Source: Tolypothrix carrinoi HA7290-LM1 (GTDB taxonomy: Bacteria; Cyanobacteriota; Cyanobacteriia; Cyanobacteriales; Nostocaceae). Taken from it: a DNA stretch of 49,788 bases. Location of the stretch: NCBI GenBank assembly GCA_019358935.1, contig JAHHIK010000061.1, positions 1-49,788 of the forward strand. Direction: 5' to 3'. Made by a program: the position numbers and the translations under genes. Below the pieces are notes generated by a model that was not told where the DNA came from, did not search any database, and saw nothing but the letters and a program-made list of their open reading frames with translations. Below are positions 9,801-20,073 of this stretch, one piece after another (within the stretch, counting starts at the first letter, position 1; each line of letters starts with the position of its first letter).

Positions 9801-12800
9801 CCGCTTAAATGTAAGCGTACAAGGTGAAATTGGCAGTATTCCTGTTGAACAGCGTCGGGAATTTACAGAAACCAAAATAACTGGAAATTCCGTCACCATC
9901 CACGTTGGAGACAGTCGTCAAGGTTGGGTTGAATCATATCAAACACTTTTAAAACTCTCTAGTGATGAAAGATTTTCTGGAGAAGTTGAAGTTATCGTTG
10001 ATATCAGTGATGTCCGTAAAGCTGGAGAAACTCTTAAAGGCTTTGGTGGCGTTGCTAATCCGGTAAAATTGCCTGGACTGTATGAACGTTGTGCATCCAT
10101 CCTGAATAAAGCTGTCGGACGGCAATTAAATTCAGTTGAATGCTGTTTGTTAATTGATCAAGCGGCGGTAACAATTGTTGCTGGGAATATTAGGCGCTGT
10201 TTACCTGAAGATGCCTTGGTTCATACGAACAAAGGTCTTGTTCCCATTCGTAATATCCAAGTTGGTGACTTGGTGCAGACTCCTCTGGGATTTCGGCGAG
10301 TTGTTGATAAATTCGACCAAGGATTTCAAGATGTCTATGAAATTGAAACCAATGCTACTTACCCCAGAGCAACTTTAAACCACAGACAAGCAGTGCTTTT
10401 TGATGCTAAAGGGGGAATTGCCTGGAAATCAGTTGCGAATTTGGTTGAAGGCGATCGCCTCCTCCACAACACGCAAGTGCTACCCGGTACAATTACACAC
10501 TTACCGCCTGACTTTACCAAACTAAGACCCGCTGAAAGTAAAAATGTCAAGTCTTTTAAGGTTCCTGAACTAACATCAGAAGTAGCTTGGCTAATTGGAT
10601 TTACCCACGGTGATGGCTATGTTGCCCTCGGTCGCAATAAGCACGATAAACCTTATGGTCGTGTCGAATGGGCAATGAACAGCTTGGATACAGAACTTAC
10701 TGCAAAAATTCAAGTTAAAATCGATGCCGCTTTAGCTTTGTTTGGTCTTTTTGCTTCTCATGGCATCATCAAAGGTGAAAACACAGCCAAATCTATCTGC
10801 TCATCGATTCGTCTTGCTGAATATTTCCATAGATACATCAAGCAGAAGTATGTTTCTTTGGAAGTACCTAGTTTTATTTTGCAGGGTTCAATAGACATTA
10901 GAGCAGCTTATTTAGCTGGCTTAATGGATAGTGATGGTGCTATTAATAACCGTCCCCCTCACTTAGTCACTACTGTTTATCGCTCTTTTGCCAGACAGGT
11001 AGGAACCGTTTTATCCAGTTTGGGTATTGCTGGTAGAATTAGCATTACTCGTCCCCAACAGCAGGAATGGCAACTTAAATACAACTTGACAATTCCAGCC
11101 CTTAAAGGACGTTATAACGCTTTGATTGCACCTCACTCTGTCAAAGGAGAGCTTCGAGGTAAACTGAAAATGTACGGCTTCACCGTTCCTGGTGCTATCA
11201 TGCGGGAGGCTTACACTTACAGCCAAATGCGAGAAATGGGATTTGAAGGTTCTCGCTTGGTTGATGCCAATTATGAACGCTATATCGCTGAGTCCGAGCA
11301 ACTGCTAGATATTCCAGTCACAGTCAAAGGACTGGGAAGCTACGATTATGTGCAAACTTACGACATAGAAGTTGAAGAAGCTCATTGCTTCTACTGTGAT
11401 GGCTATCTGACGCATAATAGTGCGGGGATGCGTCAGTTTGATTCAGGCGATCGCCTAGCAGCCACTGCCAAAGATAATCTATGGCAGCAAGATGAAAATG
11501 GCAACTGGCGAATCGATCCAGAGCGTGATGCACTCAGGATGGCAAATCATAGCAGAGTTTTTCACCGCAAGCCAACATTAGAAGAATGTGTTGAGGCTGT
11601 CCGCAAACAATATTATAGCGGCGAGGGTGCAATTCAATGGGCTGGTGAAGCTATAGCTAGAGCTAATTGCGATTTGCTGTCAACCCAAGCTTTGAAAACT
11701 GATTTTTTACAAGCTTACGAACAAGGAACAGCAAAACAGTGGTTGCAAAATCACTATCCTCAGCTTGATGCATCGGAATTAGAACATCGTTTAGCTCGAT
11801 ATGGATTAAATCCGTGCGGAGAAATTATAGGTGCCAATTTTCACTGTGTGAGCGGCAATACTCTACTGATCGCTAGGGAAGGAATGTACAACATTAAAGA
11901 TGTTGTCGGATGCGAAATTGAAATTTGGAATGGTAAAAAATGGAGCTTAGTTACACCATTTAAGACTGGTAGTAATCAAAAGCTTTATCGAGTTCGGTTT
12001 GGAGACGGTTCTTATTTAGATGCAACTGAATATCATCGCTTTTTTGTGAAAGATAGATTCGGCAAAGTCTATAAGGAAGTTCAAACCAAAGACTTGATGG
12101 ATACGAGTCGATATAGCATTCACACTGAACCGTTCACAATTAATTACGAAGATGGATTAAATGTTGATTCTGGTTATGCCTATACTTTAGGAGTTGCTGT
12201 AGGCGATGGTACTACAGATCAAAAGAATAATGCCAAAGTTAGGCTGTACGAAAATAAAGCAGCGTTATCTGTAGTTGGAAATAAGTCTCCTCAAAGAACT
12301 TATGACTACTCACCTACTTTGACAGATGTCACAGATTTAGGTTTTTCGGGAGAATTTCTCAAAAGCTTAAAAACAAATTCCCAATCGCTGAATGTAATTG
12401 CTAGTTGGAACCGTCAAGCAATTTTACATTTTATCGCTGGTTTAGCTGATACAGATGGCTCGAATACGTCAAGCAACGGTATTAGGATTTATATATCTGA
12501 TTACGAGCGTGCTTACAGAATTCAGTTATTACTGACTAAATGTGGTATTCGTTCATCTCTAAATCTTTGCGAACGCAAAGGTTCAATAACTAATTTGGGT
12601 GTCATAAGTCGAGATTTGTACTACTTGCAAATAACCGATTGTCAGCAGATTCCTTGCCAACGTTTGGATGTAAGTAAAGGAACAAATGCCAAATGCAAAG
12701 GTAAATGGCAAGTTGTGAAAAATGTTGAAGAATTGCCGGGTTTACATGATACTTACTGCTTTAATGAGCCAGAATATCATAAAGGTGTTTTCGGTAATAC

Positions 12801-13860
12801 CTTAACTGGAAATTGTAACCTTTCAGAGGTTCACCTCAATCAAATTGACCCAACTAACTACAAAGAACAGGAGGAAGCTTTCACCGCTGGAGCGCTATCT
12901 GTAGCCGCACTTTTACATCACAAATTCATCGAACCTCGCTATCAATACAGTCGCGAATTAGACCCGATTGTAGGAGTTTCTTTCACAGGTTTATTTGATT
13001 TCTTTGTGAATGCTTTTGGGGTTGATTGGTTGCGCTGGTGGGCAGAAGGTAGACCAGAAAATGCTCAAGGAATAGGGTTTAAACAACAAGAAGAAAAATA
13101 CCTAACCTCATGGAAAGATATTGTGCATCGTGTTGTTTGGGATTATTGCGATCGCCATAATTTCAAACGTCCAAATCGCTGCACTACAGTTCAACCTAGT
13201 GGCACTAAATCTTTACTAACCGGTGCTAGTCCCGGATGGCATCCCCCCAAAGCACAAAGATTTCTTCGTCGTATTACTTTTGGCAAAAATGACCCGGTAG
13301 CTTTAGCTTGTATAGACTACGGCTATAATGTCATTCCCTCCCAATCTGATAAAGATGAAAAGGGCAATTTGTTAAACGATCCCTTCGATCCTAGATGTTC
13401 AGAATGGTTAGTAGAAATTCCTGTTGCCGTACCTTGGGCTGATATACCTGGAGTTGATGAAATTGATATTAGTCAATTCAGTGCGATCGCTCAAATGGAT
13501 TTCTACATGCAAGTGCAGAAATTCTATGTCACACATAACACTTCTGCCACCATCGAACTGCGAGAAAACGAAGTAGAAGCGCTATCACATCTGATTTGGC
13601 AAGCCATACAAAATGATGAAGGTTACATTAGCGCTGCACTTCTGGCACGCTTTGACGATCATCAAACTTTCCCGCGTTTGCCATTTGAACCTATCACCAA
13701 ACAACACTATGAGCAACTACTCAAAGAAGTAGAAATGCGTCGTCAAACTGATGACTTTCATGCTGTCTTAAGTCGCTATGATTCCGGTGAGTTAATGGAA
13801 GCAGGACCTGCCGGTTGCGACTCTGATAAGTGCATGATGCCTGAACAAAGTCCGATGTAA
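6887..13860 (+). CDS. nrdJ: Adenosylcobalamin-dependent class II ribonucleoside-triphosphate reductase; join(6887..7258,9745..13860); 1495-aa precursor, 765 aa after removing two inteins
   Basis: Exon 1 has RTYSR, LPSGRWLW, YNC; the spliced junction reads MMGC|GTGAVIEP in frame; exon 2 has GNIRR/SAG, NPCGE, CNLSE, TVQPSGTKSLL and a C-terminal CDSDKC redox pair. Confidence 0.95.
7259..9744 (+). mobile_element. Group IIB (chloroplast-like class) self-splicing intron in nrdJ
   Basis: 5' GTGCG at 7259; domain V GAGCCGGATGAGGTGAAAGTCTCATGTCCGGTTC (9670-9703); domain VI hairpin with bulged A; 3' end ...TTTAAT at 9744; removal restores the nrdJ frame; EBS1/EBS2 candidates complementary to exon 1. 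Confidence 0.95.
7912..9738 (+). CDS. ltrA: Group II intron reverse transcriptase/maturase with C-terminal HNH domain
   Basis: TAGVDG, IPKPG..RPLGIPT, SYGFRPGR, GTPQGG..SPLLANI, RYADD, FDFLGF, X domain GWRNYY, HNH EIDHI..GG..DNLQALHKHCH. Confidence 0.95.
   Translation: MKTTKTSFKTTVVWNKINWKKIQRIVFKLQKRIYKAVQRGDVKAMRRLQKTLMKSWYAKLLATRKVTQDNQGKKTAGVDGVKSLGYESRLRLAKNLNLNGEVKPTRRVWIPKPGTDEKRPLGIPTMEDRAKQALAKLVLEPQWESKFEPNSYGFRPGRAVHDAIEAIYTALHGKAKYVLDANISKCFDNINHQKLLEKLNTYPSMRRLTRKWLKAGYVDGNQLFPTKAGTPQGGIVSPLLANIALHGMEEVIKEYANTLPTRRNWGKKQNRNALSLIRYADDFVILHEDINVVLGAKAVIEGFLKDIGLELKPSKTRICHTLDKYEGETPGFDFLGFNVRQFPVNDGMSARASNGEILGFQTIIQPSKNAIKRHYKEIADIIDSHKAAPQKVLISRINPIIEGWRNYYSSACSTNAFRILNHMIYNKLMVWAKSRHYNKGTEWVVEKYWITVGKDNWVFGYNNPDTKESYTLNKHTQVDIVRHIKVKGEASPFNGDFTYWGLRTGKSKEIPSLLAKTLHKQKGKCAHYGLTFTTEDKIEIDHIQPTSLGGKRKLDNLQALHKHCHDQKTTIDGSLNSSYDKGMIIEEPDEVKVSCPVLKTSSTCEGVA
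10198..11418 (+). mobile_element. Intein 1 in NrdJ (407 aa, LAGLIDADG endonuclease motifs)
   Basis: GNIRR|CLPEDALV start; block B ATLNH; WLIGFTHGDG and YLAGLMDSDG; TYDIEV..GYLTHN|S end. Confidence 0.93.
11845..12813 (+). mobile_element. Intein 2 in NrdJ (323 aa, LAGLIDADG-type motifs)
   Basis: ANFH|CVSGNTLL start; block B DATEYHRF; LGVAVGDG and FIAGLADTDG; TYCFNE..TLTGN|C end. Confidence 0.92.
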
Positions 13861-13957
13861 ATAATAGATAATTCAGTGCGGTGGATGTAATTGCTTTCCT
13901 TACACCATCGCTTTGCATTTATATGCGCTTAATATCACGTCTAGGAAATCACACATA

Positions 13958-13990
13958 TTGTAGAGACGTTCCGACGGAACGTCTCTACAA
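13958..13990. repeat. GTAG-type REP-like palindrome
   Basis: TTGTAGAGACGTTCC-GAC-GGAACGTCTCTACAA; related copies at 14299-14326, 35679-35708 and 49232-49260. Confidence 0.8.
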
Positions 13991-14047
13991 CAAGTTACGA
14001 TAAATTAAGCAGTCATAACTTTACACACCAGCACTAGGAGATTCTTC

Positions 14048-14266
14048 ATGTTCCTTGATGAATTGTCACCAATCTTTAAACAATTTACCCAGCATCCAGG
14101 CTCATTTATGGGCGGGTTCTTCTCTGGTTTGCTTCGACTCCAGTTGGCTGACGACCCAGTTAAAAGCTGGCTCAATCAACAGCTAGGCTCAACTAGTTAT
14201 ACTACTTCCACTAGTCTTGCACATAACGGCAGAACCAGCGGTCCTCAGTCAATATCAATTGACTAA
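14048..14266 (+). CDS. Small conserved cyanobacterial hypothetical protein
   Basis: RBS AGGAG; MFLDEL..F.GGF.SG.LRL..DDPVKSWL..GPQSISID pattern. Confidence 0.8.
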   Translation: MFLDELSPIFKQFTQHPGSFMGGFFSGLLRLQLADDPVKSWLNQQLGSTSYTTSTSLAHNGRTSGPQSISID

Positions 14267-14760
14267 ATTTTCGTGTTCCTAGGCAATTTAACACAAATAT
14301 AGAGGCGTTGTATCCAACGTCTCTATTAGAAAAATTTAATATATTTTATACCTCAAAATTAAGTACGCTATTTGAATTCAGCATCTTTATCTTGTATATA
14401 AATAAGCTGCGTTTCATAGAAAAACTCCACAGCTTTAACGAGACTATTTTTCCCCAGATAATTAGTATAATTAAATACTAATAGTTCCAAAAAGATCAAA
14501 CATATAAGCGCAACTGATTATAAGTTCTGAGTGTTTGTAAAATCTCATACTTTGAAGAATGACACAATCAGTTATTATATGAGCGTATGCGTAAGTTCAG
14601 CTCGATCGCTAATCGATTAGTAGATAATGCAAGCATATTGCTTGCCAATCTACAACATCCGCGCTTTGGTGACTCGGATGCGAAGATGTGCAATCTTTGA
14701 GAAAAGTTAAATTTCTACAGCTGAACTCATCGCTCCTAGTTGAAATTTACGTGATCCCAC

Positions 14761-15045
14761 ATGACTATTTACGTTGGAAATCTCTCCTACCGCGCTAGCG
14801 AAGCCGACTTAAAAGAAGTATTTGCAGAGTACGGCGAGGTAAAAAGAGTCGTCTTGCCTACAGACCGCGAAACTGGACGACTGCGCGGCTTTGCTTTTGT
14901 AGAAATGTCCGAAGATGCTCAAGAAGATGCTGCTATTACAGAGTTAGATGGCGCAGAATGGATGGGTCGTCAACTTCGAGTTAATAAAGCCAAACCACGC
15001 GAGGAGAGCCAACGAAGTAGTTGGGGGAAAAAACAAGACTATTAA
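14761..15045 (+). CDS. rbp: RRM-domain RNA-binding protein (Rbp family, no Gly-rich tail)
   Basis: RNP2 IYVGNL and RNP1 RGFAFVEM. Confidence 0.93.
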   Translation: MTIYVGNLSYRASEADLKEVFAEYGEVKRVVLPTDRETGRLRGFAFVEMSEDAQEDAAITELDGAEWMGRQLRVNKAKPREESQRSSWGKKQDY

Positions 15046-15746
15046 AAAGAGGGACTCTTATAGTAGCAAATTGTTTTCTAGTTATGCAAGACGGAAGTCG
15101 GGAAAATTAGAAACAATTAACAATTCCCATAAATCCAGAGAAGTTTCTCCGACAAGTTGTGATGCCGATAGCCAAATGTCACGACTAGTATAACAAGGCA
15201 GAAGTCACCAAAAAAGAAGGCTTTGTGTCTCTTATGAATGGTCGCTTTATTTTTGCCCTTACGTACTAGTCGGTTTTTTGATTCTTAAGGATAAGGATAT
15301 AGCAAGGATCGTCCAAGTGCAGCCAACGTTAAAACAGATGGTATTTTTGGGCAGATATCTTAACAACTTTGCTTGCTACATATCAAGCCACTCTATAGGC
15401 GTATTAGTATATACAGACGAAAAGTCAATAAATAGATAAAAATATTTACAAAAATAATTGAATTCTACAAGCTTAGGTAGATTTGCCCAAGTATGACATT
15501 ATCTAAGGGGCGATCGCGCTTTGGCACAGACCGAAAAAAGCTTGAAATATTTAGTTTATCTAAAATCACACTTAAGTTATCAAATTACCTTTCTAAGATA
15601 GAGGCAGCGACAAAATGAAGGCTGAAGGATAAAGGATGAAAAAAGCTTTGCGGTACAAGCGAACGTATTAATACGTTCAGGCTCACTTCACACTTTATCC
15701 TTCAGTTGACCTCAACCAACCAAAGTCGTATTTGAAGGACTAAAAC

Positions 15747-16796
15747 ATGGCTCTATCGCCAGAATCTCTTGAGTTGTCTAACAACGACATCACAGACAAA
15801 AGCTTAGATCGTGATTGTACAACTTTATCCCGTCACGTCCTACAGCAATTTAAGACTTTTTCGCCCCAAGCACAGGATTTAAGTGCGCTGATGAATCGCA
15901 TAGCCCTGGCAGGTAAACTAGTTGCCCGTCGCCTCAGCCGTGCTGGTTTAATGGAAGGTGTTCTTGGATTTACAGGGGATGTCAACGTCCAAGGAGAATC
16001 CGTCAAAAAGATGGATGTCTACGCCAACGAAGTATTTATCTCGGTATTTAAGCAAAGCGGCTTAGTTTGTCGTTTAGCTTCCGAGGAAATGGAAAAACCC
16101 TACTACATTCCAGAAAACTGCCCGATTGGTCGCTACACGCTATTGTACGATCCCATCGATGGCTCATCTAACACCGATACCAACCTCAGCTTAGGTTCAA
16201 TCTTCGCGATTCGCCAACAAGAAGGAGACGATCTTGATGGTCAGGCGAAAGATTTACTTACCGATGGACGCAAACAAATAGCCGCCGGATACATCCTATA
16301 TGGTCCGAGCACCATGCTGGTATATACTATAGGTAAGGGAGTTCATTCTTTTACCCTCGATCCCAGCTTAGGAGAGTTTATTCTCACCGAAGAAAATATC
16401 CAAATTCCTGCCCACGGTTCAGTTTACAGCGTAAATGAGGGTAATTTTTGGCAATGGGACGAATCAATTCGCGAATATATTCGCTACGTCCATCGCACCG
16501 AAGGCTACACGGCTCGTTATAGTGGGGCAATGGTTAGTGATATCCACAGAATTTTAGTTCAGGGCGGTGTATTTCTATACCCAGGCATACTTCCCAAGCC
16601 AGAAGGTAAACTGCGCTTGCTTTATGAATCTGCTCCTTTAGCATTTGTAATAGAGCAAGCAGGCGGTCGTGCTACTACGGGACTAGTAGACATTTTGGAC
16701 ATAGTACCAAAAAAACTGCACCAGCGCACCCCTTTGATTATTGGCAGCAAACAGGATGTAGCAAAGGTGGAGTCTTTTATTCAAAACGGTCACTAA
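15747..16796 (+). CDS. fbp: Class 1 fructose-1,6-bisphosphatase
   Basis: [29 protein letters not shown]; first gene of the OPP operon. Confidence 0.97.
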   Translation: MALSPESLELSNNDITDKSLDRDCTTLSRHVLQQFKTFSPQAQDLSALMNRIALAGKLVARRLSRAGLMEGVLGFTGDVNVQGESVKKMDVYANEVFISVFKQSGLVCRLASEEMEKPYYIPENCPIGRYTLLYDPIDGSSNTDTNLSLGSIFAIRQQEGDDLDGQAKDLLTDGRKQIAAGYILYGPSTMLVYTIGKGVHSFTLDPSLGEFILTEENIQIPAHGSVYSVNEGNFWQWDESIREYIRYVHRTEGYTARYSGAMVSDIHRILVQGGVFLYPGILPKPEGKLRLLYESAPLAFVIEQAGGRATTGLVDILDIVPKKLHQRTPLIIGSKQDVAKVESFIQNGH

Positions 16797-17008
16797 AACA
16801 GCTTGACAAAAGCCTCATGGGTGCTTTGAGCGCAACCTCCTCCTAAAAATTGAAATTAGTGAGCGCACGGGTAGCGCTTTTTCAAGGGATTATCTCAGAT
16901 GGTCGATGCAATTTGATATTACCAACGTCAAAATTCAAAGGTCAGTATCAACTGATAAAGACGACAAACATAACTTGAAGACATAATTAACAGGAGTTAA
17001 ACAAACAC

Positions 17009-18157
17009 ATGACTTCGACTAACCATCTACTAGAGATAAAACAATACGGTCAAAGTATCTGGATGGATAACTTGACTCGTGACCTGATTCAGTCAGGCGA
17101 GTTGAAAGATATGGTGGAAAATAAAGGTATTTGTGGGATTACCTCGAACCCAGCCATATTTGAAAAAGCGATCGCCGGAAACGTCATTTATGATGCCGAT
17201 ATTGAAAAAGGCGTCCGCGCAAGCTTACCAACATATAAAATTTACGAATCCCTAGTTTTTGCAGATATCCGCAATGCGTGTGATATTTTACGCCCAGTTT
17301 ATGATGCCTCAGATAAATTAGACGGTTACGTGAGCATAGAAGTACCACCAACGATCGCTCATGATACAGAGGCAACGATAGCTGAGGCTCACCGCTATTA
17401 CCAAGAAATTGGTCGGGAAAATGTGATGATTAAAATTCCCGGTACAGAAGCAGGTTTGCCAGCAGTGGAACAAGTGATAGCTGCCGGCATTAACGTTAAT
17501 GTCACCTTGTTATTTTCAGTGCAAAGCTATGTAAACTCAGCTTGGGCTTACATTCGCGGTTTAGAAGCGAGAGTCAAAGAAGGTAAAGACATTAGTAACA
17601 TAGCTTGCGTAGCCAGCTTCTTTCTTAGTCGCATTGATAGCAACATTGACGGCAAGATTGATGCTAAGTTGAAGAAAGGCGTTGATGATATTGCCATAGA
17701 AGCAAAACTGAAAGCTGTGAAAGGAAAAGTAGCGATCGCAAACGCCAAGATAGCGTACCAAGAGTACAAAAAGATTGTTGAGAGCGATCGTTGGCAAGCC
17801 TTAGCAGCAAAAGGTGCAAAAGTCCAGCGACTTCTATGGGCAAGCACCAGCACCAAAGACCCCAGCTACAGCGACGTGATGTATGTTGATGAGTTGGTAG
17901 GTTCCGACACCGTTAATACCCTACCACCAGCGACAATAGAAGCTTGTGCCGACCATTGTGATGTCGCAAGTCGCGTTGAGACAGATGTCGATCAAGCTTA
18001 CCAGCTCATCGAAAGCTTGAAAGACCCCGACATCAATATCGACATCAACCAAGTTATGGACGAACTACTTGTTGATGGTATTGATAAGTTTGTCAAGCCC
18101 TTCCAATCATTGATGGATTCCTTAGAAGACAAAATCAAGGTCTTATCACCAGTTTAG
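17009..18157 (+). CDS. tal: Transaldolase
   Basis: GITSNPAIF, VSIEV, MIKIPGT, NVTLLFS, RLLWASTSTK. Confidence 0.97.
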   Translation: MTSTNHLLEIKQYGQSIWMDNLTRDLIQSGELKDMVENKGICGITSNPAIFEKAIAGNVIYDADIEKGVRASLPTYKIYESLVFADIRNACDILRPVYDASDKLDGYVSIEVPPTIAHDTEATIAEAHRYYQEIGRENVMIKIPGTEAGLPAVEQVIAAGINVNVTLLFSVQSYVNSAWAYIRGLEARVKEGKDISNIACVASFFLSRIDSNIDGKIDAKLKKGVDDIAIEAKLKAVKGKVAIANAKIAYQEYKKIVESDRWQALAAKGAKVQRLLWASTSTKDPSYSDVMYVDELVGSDTVNTLPPATIEACADHCDVASRVETDVDQAYQLIESLKDPDINIDINQVMDELLVDGIDKFVKPFQSLMDSLEDKIKVLSPV

Positions 18158-18315
18158 GTATTAGGGACTAGGGACTGGGGACTGGGGATTAGGGATTAGG
18201 GACAAGGGGACAAGGAGACAAGGGGACAAGGAGGAATTACTTATGCCCAATGCCCAATGCCCGATGCCCAATGCCCAATGCCCCATGCCCCATGCCCTAT
18301 GCCCTAATCACCAAT
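18158..18315. repeat. Inverted STRR block (GGGACTG/GGACAAG, then ATGCCCA)
   Basis: Tandem heptamers between tal and zwf. Confidence 0.88.
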
Positions 18316-18347
18316 CGAAAATCTAAAACCCACATCTTGCAATTATT

Positions 18348-19877
18348 ATGGTTAGTCTGCTAGAAAATCCCTTGCGCGTAGGTCTGCAACAGCAAGGAAT
18401 GCCCGAACCCCAGATCATAGTTATCTTTGGTGCTTCTGGAGACCTTACCTGGCGCAAACTCGTACCAGCACTTTACAAATTGCGAAAAGAACGGCGCATT
18501 GCACCAGAAACTACCATTGTTGGCGTGGCGCGTCGAGACTGGAGCCACGAGTACTTCCGCGAACAAATGCGGAAAGGCATGGAAGAAGCTCATGGAGGCG
18601 TGCATCCAGAGGAACTTTGGCAAGACTTCTCCCAAGGATTATTCTACTGCTCTGGTGATATAGATAATCCAGAAAGCTACCAAAAACTTAAGAATTTCTT
18701 AAGCGAATTAGACGATAAACGGGGAACGCGGGGAAACCGGATGTTCTACCTTTCCGTCTCTCCTAACTTCTTCCCTGAAGCCATCAAGCAACTAGGGGAA
18801 GAAAAAATGTTGCAAGACCCCTACAAACATCGTTTGGTAATTGAAAAACCCTTTGGTCGAGACTTGGCTTCTGCCAAAAGCTTGAACCGAGTGGTGCAGA
18901 AATATTGTAAAGAAAACCAAGTATACCGCATCGACCACTACTTGGGTAAAGACACAGTTCAAAATCTCCTCGTATTTCGCTTTGCCAACGCGATTTTTGA
19001 ACCGTTGTGGAACCGTCGATTTGTTGACCACGTTCAGATTACTGTAGCAGAAACCGTGGGAGTGGAAGACCGAGCCGGATACTATGAAAGTTCCGGTGCA
19101 TTGCGGGATATGTTGCAAAACCACTTGATGCAACTTTACTGCCTCACCGCAATGGAAGCACCCAACGCAATGGATGCCGACAGTCTCCGCACAGAAAAAG
19201 TGAAGGTATTACAAGCAACTAGGTTGGCAGATATTCAAAATTTAGAGCGTTCCGCAGTGCGCGGTCAGTATAGCGCTGGATGGATGAAAGGCAAACAAGT
19301 ACCTGGGTATCACGAAGAACCAGGAGTTGCTCCCAAATCCACAACACCTACTTACGTAGCGATGAAATTTTTGGTTGACAACTGGCGCTGGCAAGGAGTT
19401 CCTTTCTACCTGCGTACAGGTAAGCGGATGCCGAAAAAAGTTAGTGAAATTTCTATCCACTTCCGCGAAGTTCCTTCTCGGATGTTTCAATCAGCCGCCC
19501 AACAAATGAATGCCAACATTTTGACGATGCGGATTCAACCGAATGAAGGAATTTCCCTGCGTTTTGAAGTCAAAATGCCTGGGGCAGATTTCCGCACACG
19601 TTCGGTTGATATGGACTTTAGTTATGGTTCCTTTGGCATCCAAGCAACTTCCGACGCTTACGATCGCCTATTTCTCGATTGTATGATGGGCGACCAAACA
19701 TTATTCACACGCGCCGACGAAGTAGAAGCCGCTTGGCAAGTTGTCACACCAGCCCTTTCTGTTTGGGATGCACCCGCTGATTCAGCAACCATTCCCAAGT
19801 ACGAAGCTGGTACTTGGGAACCAGCCGAAGCAGAATTCTTGATTAATCAAGATGGTCGTCGCTGGCGCAGACTGTAA
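18348..19877 (+). CDS. zwf: Glucose-6-phosphate 1-dehydrogenase
   Basis: [19 protein letters not shown]. Confidence 0.98.
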   Translation: MVSLLENPLRVGLQQQGMPEPQIIVIFGASGDLTWRKLVPALYKLRKERRIAPETTIVGVARRDWSHEYFREQMRKGMEEAHGGVHPEELWQDFSQGLFYCSGDIDNPESYQKLKNFLSELDDKRGTRGNRMFYLSVSPNFFPEAIKQLGEEKMLQDPYKHRLVIEKPFGRDLASAKSLNRVVQKYCKENQVYRIDHYLGKDTVQNLLVFRFANAIFEPLWNRRFVDHVQITVAETVGVEDRAGYYESSGALRDMLQNHLMQLYCLTAMEAPNAMDADSLRTEKVKVLQATRLADIQNLERSAVRGQYSAGWMKGKQVPGYHEEPGVAPKSTTPTYVAMKFLVDNWRWQGVPFYLRTGKRMPKKVSEISIHFREVPSRMFQSAAQQMNANILTMRIQPNEGISLRFEVKMPGADFRTRSVDMDFSYGSFGIQATSDAYDRLFLDCMMGDQTLFTRADEVEAAWQVVTPALSVWDAPADSATIPKYEAGTWEPAEAEFLINQDGRRWRRL

Positions 19878-20070
19878 AATTTTAGATTTTAGATTTTAGA
19901 TTTTAGATTGGAAGTGATAGTTAGTGGGTAGTGGGTAGTGGATAGTGGTTAGTTGTGAAGAAATATCAATTAACAACTAACAACCAACAACTAACAATTA
20001 ACAATCCAAAATCTAAAATCCAAAATCTAAAATCCAAAATCTAAAATCCAAAATCCAAAATCCAAAATTT
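19878..20070. repeat. Nested inverted STRRs: (TTTTAGA)n (TAGTGG)n ... (AACTAAC)n (AATCYAA)n
   Basis: Outer and inner heptamer arrays are mutually complementary. Confidence 0.88.
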
Positions 20071-20073
20071 ACT

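Noticed and set aside
16945..16987. NtcA-activated promoter upstream of tal (GTA-N8-TAA plus CATAAT)
   Set aside because: Both elements mismatch the consensus, and the implied TSS would fall on the RBS.
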